64,000 nt of DNA, taken from contig MU008162.1 in NCBI GenBank assembly GCA_010909165.1, positions 186,001 to 250,000 of the forward strand, in the 5' to 3' direction. Positions 37,441 to 49,074 of the stretch are shown one piece after another. The position numbers and the translations under genes were made by a program. The stretch comes from Anthoceros angustus (taxonomy: Eukaryota > Plantae > Anthocerotophyta). Positions within the stretch are counted from its first letter, which is position 1, and the number at the start of each line of letters is the position of its first letter. The notes below the pieces were generated by a model. The model did not search any database and was not told where the DNA came from. It worked only from the letters and a program-made list of their open reading frames with translations.

Positions 37441-38110
37441 GGCAGCGTGGTGAGCGGCGTGGTAGGCGGCGTGGTGAGCGGCGTGGTAGGCGGCGTGGTG
37501 AGCGGCGTGGTGAGCGGCGTGGTGAGCGGCGTGGTGAGCGACATGGTAGACAATGTGGTTGACGACGTGGTTGACGACATGGTAGACGATGTGGTTGAGG
37601 ACGTGGTAAGTAAACGACGTTGTAAACGATGTGGTGAACGACGTGGTTAATGACATTGTAATTAAGGTTGTACTCTAGGTTGTAAAGTAAGAGTGTATGA
37701 AGGTTTTAAATGAGGTTGTAGCGTATATTGTAAAATACGTTGTAAATAGACCCACTTTTACAATCTAGTTAAGCTGTCAGACTACAACCTCCTATTAACA
37801 ACCTACTTTACAATCTAGATTACAAGGCAACCACGTTGTAAATGGCGTTGTCATTTAGGTTGTAAACGAGCACAACATTGTAAATGGCGTTATAAACTGG
37901 CTACCCGGATACCTTGCCCGCACGATTAGCTTAGTGTGGCCGGCATGGACGTCAGCAACTTGATGACGTGGCAATCTTCCCTGCCACATCAGCAATTTTA
38001 CAACTTAGTTAAGCTGTTAGTCTACAAACGTATAAATATCCATTTTTACAACGTGAGATTGTAAATCACATTGTAAAATGCGTTGTAAAACACCTGTGAT
38101 TTTTGTAATG
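37441..38110. mobile_element. CACTA/EnSpm-like right end with subterminal repeats and 12-bp minisatellite
   Basis: gcgtggt(g/a)(a/g)gcg tandem array at 37441-37540; many gttgtaaa/tttacaa motifs in both orientations; terminates ttttgtaatg, one change from ...TTTTGTAGTG. No left end found. Confidence 0.55.
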
Positions 38111-38339
38111 CATAGGGCAAATTATTTAGAAGTAGACATTTTAAGCCCAAAGTGTGAAAATTTGAGGTGGGATCTCGACCATGTATACTTGCAAAGGAAG
38201 ACTATGACTACAATTGACACAAGTGCGAGCAAGATAATATTAAGGGTTTAAAAGAGATGGAAAGTATACCTGTCGAATGGGGGTAGGTACACTTATGTTT
38301 CTAAGCAATCAGATGAGACCAGACATCTCCAACACCGAA

Positions 38340-38662
38340 AATGCTATTGCACAGTTCTTTGAGAATCAATCTAGGCAAAGATCACTAGATTGCTCTTAAG
38401 CCTCTAATGCAGTACCTCAAGGGTACACCGAACTTTGGCATGTGCTATAGACCTAATGGAAATAAGCACCTTCTACTTACATGCTTTGTAGACGAAGATT
38501 GGGCTTCAGATGCTGATACCCAAAAGAGTATCTCTGCTGATTGCTTCCTAACTGGATCCACTGTTGTCAAGTGGTCATGCTGCAAGCAAGCGGCGTTTTC
38601 TCTATATTCAATAGAGTCCAAGTTGAAAGCTCTCACTAAAGCCACTAAGGAGGCTGAGTGGG
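38340..38662 (+). mobile_element. Ty1/copia RT-RNase H junction relic
   Basis: QYLKGT...CFVDEDWASDADTQKSIS...VKWSCCKQ...ALTKATKEAEW. Confidence 0.8.
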
Positions 38663-39035
38663 AGGCGTGCATTACCAAGGTCCCGCGTGCTTCCCGCCGT
38701 GCACGGCTCCCGGGTGGAAGCCGTGCTCCGATAGCCCAATGGCCGCCCGCAGCCCCGCGCCTCCCGCTCCCACAACCACCGCATCGTATGTGTGGTCAAT
38801 GACCGAGTAGGACGCTCTCTCCCCGCCCTCCTTTTCCGCAGGCGCTTCTCGGCCCAGGATCCGAGACCCTCCCCGCGCGGCGTTGCCATGCATGGCTCGC
38901 CTAGCCCCAGCGATGATCGTCGGCCTCACCACCTTCTTCCGCCTGCTAGGGCCTTCAACATCCTCCTCTTCTTTTCTTTCTAGTGAAAGCTCCTCCTCTT
39001 TTTGTTTGAAGGGGGCGTGCACTAATTTTTGTGTT
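38663..39035 (-). pseudogene. SDH1: Rearranged 5' fragment copy of the SDH1 locus
   Basis: Matches 50996-51420, including upstream acaaaaa.tagtgcac.gccccc.tcaaacaaaaa, the ATG region and [27 protein letters not shown]; the last 19 bp (ggcgtgcattaccaaggtc) is inverted. Confidence 0.88.
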
Positions 39036-39435
39036 TTCATATAGCCACGTTAGGCATCACTTTGTATAAGCGTTTATACTAGCGTTTGTATTCTAATTGG
39101 TAGTGTATAATAAAGGTAAGGGCTGGAGCCTTGGAAGCCCTCGAGTCCGTTTTTTGCCCATGCAATTTGTGGAGGCCCACGACTTCGTGTTTTGCCCATG
39201 CCATTGGTGGAAGCCCTCAAGTTCGTCTTTTGCCCATTCATGGGTGACTGTGTGTTGGGAGTAGGGAGATGAACAGGGAATCCCCAATTCCTAATTTCCT
39301 ATGGAAAGCTTTGTGTGCTTGTTTGGGTTACCCACTCGTTAATCGTCGTCTCAAGTCTGAGACAATCTCTACAAAAGAGTTTCCTACAAGATGGGCATCA
39401 CCTTGGTGCTGCGTGCGTGTGGGTTGTGTGTTGAA

Positions 39436-42375
39436 TCAATGCCGGTCTCCGCATGAGCATGAGCCATCCAGGAAGCGGTGGACACGATGGACATCCCTCA
39501 CGATGATCTCTCGCTTCTCCAGGCGGGACATGATCTTGGTGCTGCTGTGGCAGTCACCGCACATGCGGAGGTTCTTGGTCACCATGAGGCTGGTGCCAGA
39601 TGGGGTGTTTAGGAGGCCGTATGCCAGGGCCAGTTTCTCAGCATGCCCGCATAGGGAGTCCTCCTTCTCCTGCTCGGACATGGGCTTGAGGACCAGGTCT
39701 GTTTGTGGGACATGACCTCCCTCTTCCTTCACCCGGGTGATCATGGTCTTGAGCTTGGAGGAGATTTCGCGCCGGTCTTCTCCTACTGTGAATTCGTGGA
39801 CCTTGTGCTGTACTTCGATGCAGGCTTTGGCGGCCTTTTTCTTGGCTCCTGCTGATTTTCGTAGGCTTTCTAGCCTGTGGACGTCGTCCCACCTGGCTGC
39901 GTTGGCGTAAATGGTGCCCAGGAGGACGTAGGAGCTGGCGTCGTCGGCTTCTGATGATGATGTGAGATGGTTGAAGCATCGGATTCCGCGCTCGATGTCG
40001 TGGTGGGTTTTGCATGCGGATAGCAGAGCTGTCCAGCCCACCACGGTGTTTGCAAGTGACACGGTTTGGAGAAGATGCTCGGCTTCGTCCAGGCGGCCTG
40101 ACCGGCCCAAGAGATCAACCATGCAGTTGTAGTGGTAGTCGCTTGGGACTATGTTATGCTCGTCCACCATCTGCTTGAATATCCGTTGCCCTTCCTGTAC
40201 CAGGCCTGCGTGACTGCATGCCACCAGAAGGCAGACAAAGGTTCTTTCGTTGGGACGGATGCCTTGTTCAAGCATGTTGTGGAAACACCGCATTGCCAGT
40301 TCGCAGTTGCTGTGTTCTGCGTACCCATTGAGCATGGCATTCCATGTGACCACATCCCTGCTGGGCAGTCTGTCGAAGACGTTGCAAGCGTCTTCCAGGC
40401 TCCCAAACTTTGAATACATGTCCACCAGGCAGTTTCCGATGCGGATATCCAGTTCCAGACCCAGTTCCCGGATCTGGGAGTGGAGCTGCTTGCCCTGCTG
40501 CACTGCTCCTACACTGGCACATGCTTGAACAAGGCACACAAATGCCACATGATCGTCTGGAGTGATGCCCTCGTGCTGCATACTTGCATACAGAGCCAGG
40601 GCTTCTCTTCCCAACCCCTGTTGGGTGTAGCCTCCGATCATGGCTGTCCATGTCACCACATCTTTCCAGGGCAAATTGTCAAACACTTCTCGAGCGTCTT
40701 GCACACTCCCGCATTTAGCATACATATTCACCAGGCAGCTACCGATGAATGCATCAACTTCCAAGCCTCGCTCACGAATCTGTAAGTGGAGCTGCTTCCC
40801 CTGATGCAGAGCTCCCACACGGACACATGCCTGCAGCAGGCATGCAAATGTGACATGACTGGCAGGAGTGATACCCTCCCTCTGCATACCAGAATACAGA
40901 GCCAGGGCATCTTCACCCAGCCCCTGCTGCATATAGCCTGTGATCATGGCATTCCATGACACCACATCTCTCGTGCGCAAACTGTTGAAGATTCTGCGAG
41001 CAGCTCTCAAGCTCCCACATTTTGCATACATGTCCACCAGGCAGTTACCGATCCGCACGTCGCCCTCAAGTCCTCGTTCCCGAATCTGTGAGTGCAGCTG
41101 CTTGCCTTCCTGCAGGGCTCCCACACTGGCACAGGCTGAAAGAAGGCACACGAAGGTGACATGGTCCGCAGGAGTGATGCCCTCACGTTCCATAGAGGCA
41201 TAGAGAGCCAGGGCTTCTCTCCCACGCCCCTGCTGAGTATATCCTGCAATCATAGTATTCCATGTCACCACACATCTTCTGGGTAAACTGTCAAACACCT
41301 TGCGAGCATTGTCCACACTCCCACACTTGGCATACATATTCACCAGGCTGTTCCCCACAAACAGATCGGCCTTCACAGCACTGGCCTGAATATCAGCATG
41401 CACCTCCTTCCCAGAAACCAGGTCCTGTGCTGAGGCACACGCCTTGAGGACTGCCACAAAGATATGGTTATCAGGCTTCACACTGGCTTCCCGCATCTGT
41501 CGATACAGGTTGATGGCCTGAGAGGGTTGTCCATGTCTTGCATGTGCCAAAATAATGGAAGACCACATGTAGACATCAGGGACAGCCACCTTTCTAAACA
41601 CCTGCACTACATCCTCCAATCTGCCATGAGAAGCATACATACCGATCATGTGGTTAGCCAAGAATGCGTTTGACTCGTGCCCACATCGGACAGCCAGATC
41701 GTGAACCCGCCTAGCCAACACCAAGTCCCTCCTGGCCTTGCACTTCTTGAGCACAAGATACAAAACGGAATCAGTGACTTGACGTCCACGATCCACAAGG
41801 AGCTCCAACCCTTCCACAACCTCGCCCAACTCAACGGCCTCAGAAAGCTTCCCCTGCTGACATAACGAGTTCACGATTCCAGCCGTAACGACGCCCATTT
41901 CCGATCCTGCGGGCCCGCCAGGTTCAGACCTATCCCCAGACCTGGACTCGGAAGGAAAGGCACCATGACCCATCTGCATATCCAAGGAAACGAGCTGCTC
42001 ATCAACCCAAGCTGGCTTAAAGATGCTGTTTAACCACAGCACCTCCCCGGACCCCTTCCGGCGGAAGTCAGGCGAACGGGAGCTCTTCTTATCACGTCTC
42101 TTGTCCCACCACATGGTAGGCTCCAGAAACAAACTTTGCCACAAATGCTCCTGCTCCTGCTCCTGGCAACGACCATCACTGGCAAACCTGTCCGCACCCA
42201 CACATGTTCTCGGAATTGGAAGCGCTGGGCTCCTTCCACTGCTGCACCTAGAGGCTTTGTTTGCCAGGGGTTCAATCCGTAAAGTGAGGTGAATGGGAGC
42301 TCCAGGGAGAATCCCTATACACACACCAATTTGTTGGGTCCGCGACAGGTCCGGTTGCCATACTGCGGCCATCAT
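39436..42375 (-). CDS. PDF-motif + PLS-PPR + DYW:KP (DRH-type) RNA-editing factor, intronless
   Basis: WWDKRRDKKSSRSPDFRRKGSGEVLWL; long PLS array; KKKAAKACIEV box; HAEKLA, NLRMCGDCH; ends CSCGDRH*. Confidence 0.95.
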   Translation of the reverse strand: MMAAVWQPDLSRTQQIGVCIGILPGAPIHLTLRIEPLANKASRCSSGRSPALPIPRTCVGADRFASDGRCQEQEQEHLWQSLFLEPTMWWDKRRDKKSSRSPDFRRKGSGEVLWLNSIFKPAWVDEQLVSLDMQMGHGAFPSESRSGDRSEPGGPAGSEMGVVTAGIVNSLCQQGKLSEAVELGEVVEGLELLVDRGRQVTDSVLYLVLKKCKARRDLVLARRVHDLAVRCGHESNAFLANHMIGMYASHGRLEDVVQVFRKVAVPDVYMWSSIILAHARHGQPSQAINLYRQMREASVKPDNHIFVAVLKACASAQDLVSGKEVHADIQASAVKADLFVGNSLVNMYAKCGSVDNARKVFDSLPRRCVVTWNTMIAGYTQQGRGREALALYASMEREGITPADHVTFVCLLSACASVGALQEGKQLHSQIRERGLEGDVRIGNCLVDMYAKCGSLRAARRIFNSLRTRDVVSWNAMITGYMQQGLGEDALALYSGMQREGITPASHVTFACLLQACVRVGALHQGKQLHLQIRERGLEVDAFIGSCLVNMYAKCGSVQDAREVFDNLPWKDVVTWTAMIGGYTQQGLGREALALYASMQHEGITPDDHVAFVCLVQACASVGAVQQGKQLHSQIRELGLELDIRIGNCLVDMYSKFGSLEDACNVFDRLPSRDVVTWNAMLNGYAEHSNCELAMRCFHNMLEQGIRPNERTFVCLLVACSHAGLVQEGQRIFKQMVDEHNIVPSDYHYNCMVDLLGRSGRLDEAEHLLQTVSLANTVVGWTALLSACKTHHDIERGIRCFNHLTSSSEADDASSYVLLGTIYANAARWDDVHRLESLRKSAGAKKKAAKACIEVQHKVHEFTVGEDRREISSKLKTMITRVKEEGGHVPQTDLVLKPMSEQEKEDSLCGHAEKLALAYGLLNTPSGTSLMVTKNLRMCGDCHSSTKIMSRLEKREIIVRDVHRVHRFLDGSCSCGDRH

Positions 42376-43609
42376 TCAGGGACCGCTGTCGGAAGATAAG
42401 TCTGACAACAGACTATGGCAGGATGCCCAGATGCCGCATGACCACATCATACGGGCTGCTTGCTTCACTCCATCCCCGTCCAAACAGAGACATGGACAGG
42501 GATGGCACACACTGACCCTGGCACCTCTCATCATAACAGAGAGAATCAGAATCAAGCGGCGCGGGGTGAAAGGGTTACAATTCTAAGCTTACAAAGGTTT
42601 CAGGCTTTAAATTGAATGGCGGGCCTCAAACTTGTCCGAGAAGAAGGGTCTGCGGGCGCGTGTGTTTTTGCGAGTCCAGGCGAGCGGAGATGCGAGACCC
42701 GAACAACCGAACGGTTTAGGCACCATGGGTTTGAAGTATGTAATATGTCTATAAGGAATACCAATTTTAACAAATTATTGGTCTTGTGCTATGTTACATC
42801 ACGTACTTGCTCTTTAAGGCCAAGGCCAAGCTGGCCGAGCATTGGCCCGAAACAATGCTGGCGCGAGCGCTCCATAAGCTAGACCAAGCGGCCAACCCTT
42901 TTTCTCTTGGGTGCACTTAAGGGATGAGGGATGAAACTAAAATCCTTAGTCCTAGTTGGTTTCAAAAATTAGGGTTAGAGAGAGAAGAGGTGAAGTGGTG
43001 GCTGTACACTTGCTTTCCCGATCATCACTTCTTTCATGATCTAAAGTTTGATTTTATGGTTGTTGTTCATCATGCTACTGATATGTAGTTTTGATGCAGG
43101 TTGATGTGTTGAAACGCTTCAATTTCTTTGGTTTGTATTCTCAGGGCAATTGCTTTAGAGGTACTTTTGTTTCCTAACCTTTATTACTTAAACAAATGTA
43201 TTCGTTTAGGTGTTTTATGTTTGGCATGCTAATACTGTCCTAGTTATGTTTGAAGTGTGGAGTCTTGGAGTTGTGTTTCCTTATGTAGTGTGAATGTGAT
43301 CTTGGACATAGCTACATTGTTTTAGGGGTCTCTTCTTTGACGTGCTTATCCTATCTTTCTAGTTGCTAACTGATTTTCATTAGATTACTTAATTTTTTAT
43401 TTTCTTGATCACAAATTAGGAAGATTGCTGGAGAAATCATTCTAGTCGTTTAAGATTTTTCCTCTTTTTCTATATTCTTTACCCATCTATATTGTTTACC
43501 GTTGGGATTTCTTTTTCACCCCCTTGTTATATTTTCATCTCTATTCTATTTTGATCCCTAGGGTTATTTCACTCAGGTGATTTTTTATCTTGTGGATAAA
43601 ATTATATTA

Positions 43610-43800
43610 CTTTTAGTATTGTCCATTTTCTGGTAGCCTGATTGGACCCACAAAGTTTATACCCCACTTCTCGAAAGGTGTCGGAGGCAAGATATAAGTA
43701 AGAGGCCATTGGGTTTGAAAAACTCTCAACCAGAGTTTCCTTGGGCTTCGGCTTTGTGCCACATGCTGAACCCTAAACAAATGAACAAATGCCAAGAGCC
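43610..43800 (-). mobile_element. Ty3/gypsy integrase fragment
   Basis: PLTYILPPTPFEKWGINFVGPI matches the start of the gypsy integrase core. Confidence 0.7.
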
Positions 43801-46049
43801 AAGATTGGTTTGCCTATAATTGGAGAATTATCCAGCAATACATCCTTGTGTAATTATAAATGTTTTCTCGCCAATGAACTTTACCCTAAACCCTAAACCT
43901 CCTTCGTAAATGTCCATGCCACAGAGTTCTCGCCAAATCTTGGAAAAGGAAGAGGCCTTGTAGGGGGTACCCGGCGGTTCGAGATGTGCATGCCCTCCAT
44001 TCTCGCTCTTTCCATTTCACTTAGCGGTGACAGCCTCTGTGCCCTAAAAGCTCTGTTCTCGCTTTTTCCATTTCACTTAGCAATGCCGGCCTCTGTGCTC
44101 TAAAAGCAAACTTTACACCTGCAAGCCACTTACTATGCAGTGCAAGCCCACGAAAGGAGGACACATTAGCTGACGAGGAGAGAGCCGAGTTTAGAGAGGT
44201 GGTATGCTCTCCGTCTAGTTCTGTGACCAGAGCATTGTATTACAGACAGCTTTGTTGTGTGTGCCTTCGCTTTCTTCCACCGCTCTTATTAATGAAAATC
44301 AACACTCTGTCCAGATGCCCAAGTCTAAGAAGATTGAGCTGTGAGCAGAGTCCGACATGGAGACTCGTCGCCTTACAACAATGGCTTTCATCGGTGAAGT
44401 TGATTGCATGCTAGTGGGTTGGGAGCCCGACTTTGACGACACGCCCAAGGAATTCTAAACCGAGATTTCCCTGACCCAAACCCTGGTTAGAATTATGTAT
44501 GCTTATAACCCTAACCATGGGTTATACACATGAGCATATGCTCCTGTTGAAGAGAATCATGGACTTGCTCGAAAGGTCTTATGCATTTGAGAATCATAAT
44601 AGAGAGTACACAATGTGTATAAGAAGTAGGTGGTTAGAGGTTGTTGTAACCTATTAATCATAAAATACATCAGAAATTAGAGCACTATTTATTAGGGCTC
44701 TATTAAATACCTAGAATTCATAGTATATAATTCTCAGGGTTAAAATTAGTTTTAACTAGTGAAAAATAAGCTATAGAATAAGCTAAGTTGCTAAGCCTAA
44801 CTCCCACTGAATGCATACTAGGAGCCTAGCATAACTCAAACTTAAATTCATAAATGAATTAAGCTGAAATTATTTCTAAAATAGGTGATTAAGAAAAATA
44901 CTCATAAAGCCAAAACAAATACTCTTGAATTGGCTGTTAAAAATTGGTTGTAATAGCAGGAGAAAATAAGGAGGCAGAAAATTTGCCTGTGGTTCTCCTG
45001 TGTCCTTTCTGCTTCGTCTACTGCTTGCCATCCTATGCCAAGGTTATACACCCAGAGAATTGGAAAAGTCCGCACTTAAGATGAAGAACTGGTCAGCACG
45101 GAACGATGCACAAGACAATAGCACAAGGAGGTGCATACCATGATGCGAGGTAGTAATGTTGAAGATGAAATTGCGCACCCAAGGAACGCTCCCCCAGACC
45201 TCGCATGATTGGAATTAGCGCCGGAGCTCCTTTGTCTTCTGTGTGCATCCTCATCTAAAAAGCTCTACACCGTTCCAACTATTGTCTTACAATGCGGTAG
45301 GTTTCGGTCTGGATTACTTCCAACTAAAACTGGGGAGTATGAAACCACATTTGGATATCATGTCGATGTGATGGCGGCTTGAAATGTAATTATCATTCAA
45401 AACCATGCTTAAATGAATGGCTATTTTGAGGACCTGTAATGCCTACGAGGCAAAAGCAGTACGGTGTAATATCATTTTAGGGTGAACAATGAAGAAGCGT
45501 TGTGGTGCGCAGATGACAAGATTTACCGTTGCAGATCCTCTCGTATATTTGCAATGATGTTCCTTCCGCACCAAGCCAGGTAGTCTTGGCGGCGGTCGCC
45601 TACCACTCAGAGCATGCAACGTGTTTTTGAGGCATAAGGTTTCCAGGCGACGGAGATGCATTGTCCTCCTGGCAATGAGAATGTTGCGCGCCACACACAC
45701 CTCAGATGTCAAAGAGGTCAGTCTTGTTTCTCAACGAAGTGCTTTTCTGTTCAAGCCATGTGTTCCTTACTGTACAGTCTCAGCGGCTGTGTTGTGTCCA
45801 ACTAATGGTGATTCATTGTTGTTATTACAGCTGGAACACTTTGAGGAAGAGGAGCTTTTCGAATTCCGGAGGGCCGGTGAGTCAACAGCAAGGGGCAGGA
45901 GGATGGCTCTATTGAATGTGGCCCCTTAGGCACTTCCTGTTCAACAACCCCGAGAGCAGGTCTGAACTCCAGAAGGTGTGTTGACCTCGAACCAGAAACA
46001 ATTGGTATGCGTTCATAACAATGTTGTGGCCTAAGGGTCATCACCATTC

Positions 46050-48026
46050 GTTACAGACTTCATATGATTCACACCGTCCAATTGCAAGCGCAGGGAAAGC
46101 ACGTCGACGTCGACAATGTCCTCTCCTCTCGTAATGCCTTGGTATTTTACATCAATTGCATGTAAAGGATTTCTTCTCCAAGTTGGGTTGTCTTGATGAA
46201 GACTGATTAAACGAGCCTCTCTCACGGGCTCGTCCTCGATATCTACTATGCCCACTGGAGGCAAACAACACTCGATTGTCATTGTTGCCTTTGGAACCTC
46301 AGTTCTTGTGTAGAGTCCTTGATCTTTCTTCCAACAAGAGTGCACAAAGGACCTCTTGCAATGTAACAGCAGGTGTGTTGCCAGCAGTTGCTGCTTGAAC
46401 TGCAGCTCTTATAGTTGCGTTTTGAGAGCTCATCAGCTGCTAGAGGTATCTAGCGAGAGAAGAAGGCTGAACTTCAACATAATACACTTCCACAACAAGC
46501 CAAGTAGCCCTTAGAGTTCTAAACTATGCATGAGCCCTCAACAGGCTTAGTGTCCTTCATCCAAGTTGGGTTGTCTTGATGAAGGCATTAAACGAGCCTC
46601 TCTCACGGGCTCGTCCTCGATATCTACTATGCCCACTGGAGGCAAACAACACTCGATTGTCATTGTTGCCTTTGGAACCTCAGTTCTTGTGTAGAGTCCT
46701 TGATCTTTCTTCCAACAAGAGTGCACAAAGGACCTCTTGCAATATAACGACAGTGTGTTGCTGATTCTTTGCCGAGCTGACTCTTATAGTTGCGTTTTGA
46801 GAGCTCATCAGCTGCTAGAGGTATCTAGCAGAGAAGCAAGAAGGCTGACAACAGCCTGAACTTCTGTTAACACACTTCCACAACAAGCCAAGTAGCCCTT
46901 AGAGTTCTAAACTTGTGTCTGTAGCCCTCAACAGGCTTAGTGTCCTTCATCCGCAAGTTGAAGAAATCACGATAGGTGCACTATGGAGGCAGAGCCTTGT
47001 CTTCGTAAATGAGTTTAAATGCCTTCTACACAGCATTCGAGGTGGGTGCACCAATGGTGTGGGGCATCATTGTTCTATCTAAGGAAGCGATCAAGATCGA
47101 TTAGACCCTCTTGTTCCTCTGCTGCCACGCTAGGACATCTTCTGGTGGGAATGCAAGACAGACATCAAAGCTGTCTACAATGCCCATCAACTCATTTTCT
47201 TCAAAGATCTGTGCTAGCCTCATGAACTTGATAGCATAATTGGTATCGCTAAACCTATCTTTGTCCCTAAATTCTATCTTGAGAGGAACAATACTAGGAG
47301 TAAATGTAGCGGTAGGTGCAAAAATACCACCTGACATACTTGCTAGGATGGTGAACATTACTCACCAATCTGTATTGTGACTTAGCCTGTAGAACGAACC
47401 TAGCCTACACTGCATGAGGAGAAAAAGTCAAAAGGTGAGTATTCAAGTGACTCATAATCGGAATCATAGAAAGGGAAAGACAAATCTAATGTGTCCCCCT
47501 CCTCTGGATGCTCCTCTAAGGTTGCATGCAGCTTGCTATCTTAGAGTTGTGCAGAAGAACGTCTACCTGCCATGGTGATATCTATGTCAAGACTCAAAGC
47601 AGAAAGATGGACTTGACAAATCTCATCAAGAATCTGGATGGATTCAGCTAGGCAGTCGATCACTCCTTTTGAGCGTGCAGGCGTTGCAGATTGATGATTG
47701 GAGGATTGATGAAAGATCTTGCTGTGATGCGGTTTTGAGACAGTGCTCTTCGCGTCCTTGCAAACAAGCCAGCAACCGGCCGAATTTGGGCTAGTGAGGC
47801 ACTGATGGAGCAGCAATCTCTCAAGCCTTGGCGTTGTAAGTTCAACGGCGGTGGAGGCCGTGCTGCGCGCTCTTCTTGTTCCCTGCCCTCGGGGCAAACA
47901 AACTCTGACGTTGCTGGGCGAGGTAGATGGGCGCGTTGGTTACCAGCCTTCACAAAATGCTTTGGCATGAATGTGTGGATTGCTTGAATGATTTCTCATC
48001 AACGAAGAATGTTGGCTTTGATACCA
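46050..48026 (-). mobile_element. Degenerate Ty1/copia 5' part (PBS, leader, gag)
   Basis: tRNA-iMet-like PBS TGGTATCAAAGCC at 48026-48014; gag N-terminus FSDTNYAIKFMRLAQIFEENELMGIVD...WQQRNK; disrupted zinc knuckle CN*CKIPRHY..GHC near 46150. Confidence 0.7.
46179..46952. repeat. Tandem duplication of ~382 bp within the copia gag relic
   Basis: ccaagttgggttgtcttgatgaag at 46179 and 46561; the copies differ mostly by scattered small indels. Confidence 0.88.
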
Positions 48027-49074
48027 TAAAGGATTCCAGTTGTCTGGAGTCGTGACGTCATCTGCACGTCGGAGGATGATGGTAGGCGGTGGCCAAAGGG
48101 AGCAATCGAGAGAGCATCCATAAGAGAGTATTTGGAATTGATGATATAGACACCAATATACAGAGTGTTTGGTAACTGTTTTGTGACTACTACAACTACA
48201 TGGGCAACAAGGAAAACTGCACAAACTGATGGGTAACACTGGGATTACCCTTATCTACTATTAACCAGTAGGCTCGCAACTTGCTGCTGCTGGTCTGGCC
48301 CCACCGGGTCTTTGGATTGGCCTTCTATCTTGACCCGCCCTAATGCCGCGGGAGATTGCAATTGCTAGCTTAGCACCTTGATCAAGCTGTCCTCCAACAA
48401 GAACCTGTTGTTGTAGTTGTAGTTGTCGTTGCAAATGTTGCACTGCTGTTTCTATAGGCCATTGAGCGCCTGATACTGGACACCTCCTGCCTGCTGAACA
48501 CCTAGTGCGTGTTGAACACCCCCCATGTGTTGAACACCTCCCGCATTGCTACTTGTAGCTTAAATTTGCGCAAATGACTGACAGTCGGAGATCATCGTGA
48601 GCTCTTTGTAACATGTGATTGCAGCTCCTTTCCTCCCGTGTTTCCAGTTATGGACTCTGACCACCTATAGAAAAATGAAATTCCTCGTCTCCTTTCCCTG
48701 AAGTAAATACAAGAGAAACTCGTACAATGCATTTGAACGGAGCGGTTGGTGGTGAAGAGGTATATCTAACCCTACAAATGACAATTCGCACTTCATTGAA
48801 AGGTGACATATATCCAGATGAGACATGTAACGAGTCTTAGGAAAATTAGAGATGATGAAAATTTGCTCCATAGTGCTTACAAAGCAAAATACCAATTACC
48901 TTCAACGTAAGCCGATGATGTTTGCACACTGGCTGCTTCAAAGGTAGAACTTTCAGTGTTCCCAGGCATTTTCTTGGACAGGATGCCATGTAGATAAGAG
49001 CAGACTGAGATACTATCGCCAAAGTCAGTACACCACTCTAGGCTCAATACAAGCTCTACAGATTCCTCCATATT

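Noticed and set aside
37208-37656. VSGV-repeat and His-rich ORFs
   Set aside because: Translations of a 12-bp minisatellite in a transposon end.
43770-43900. CCCTAAA telomere-like units
   Set aside because: Only one or two units; not an interstitial telomere array.
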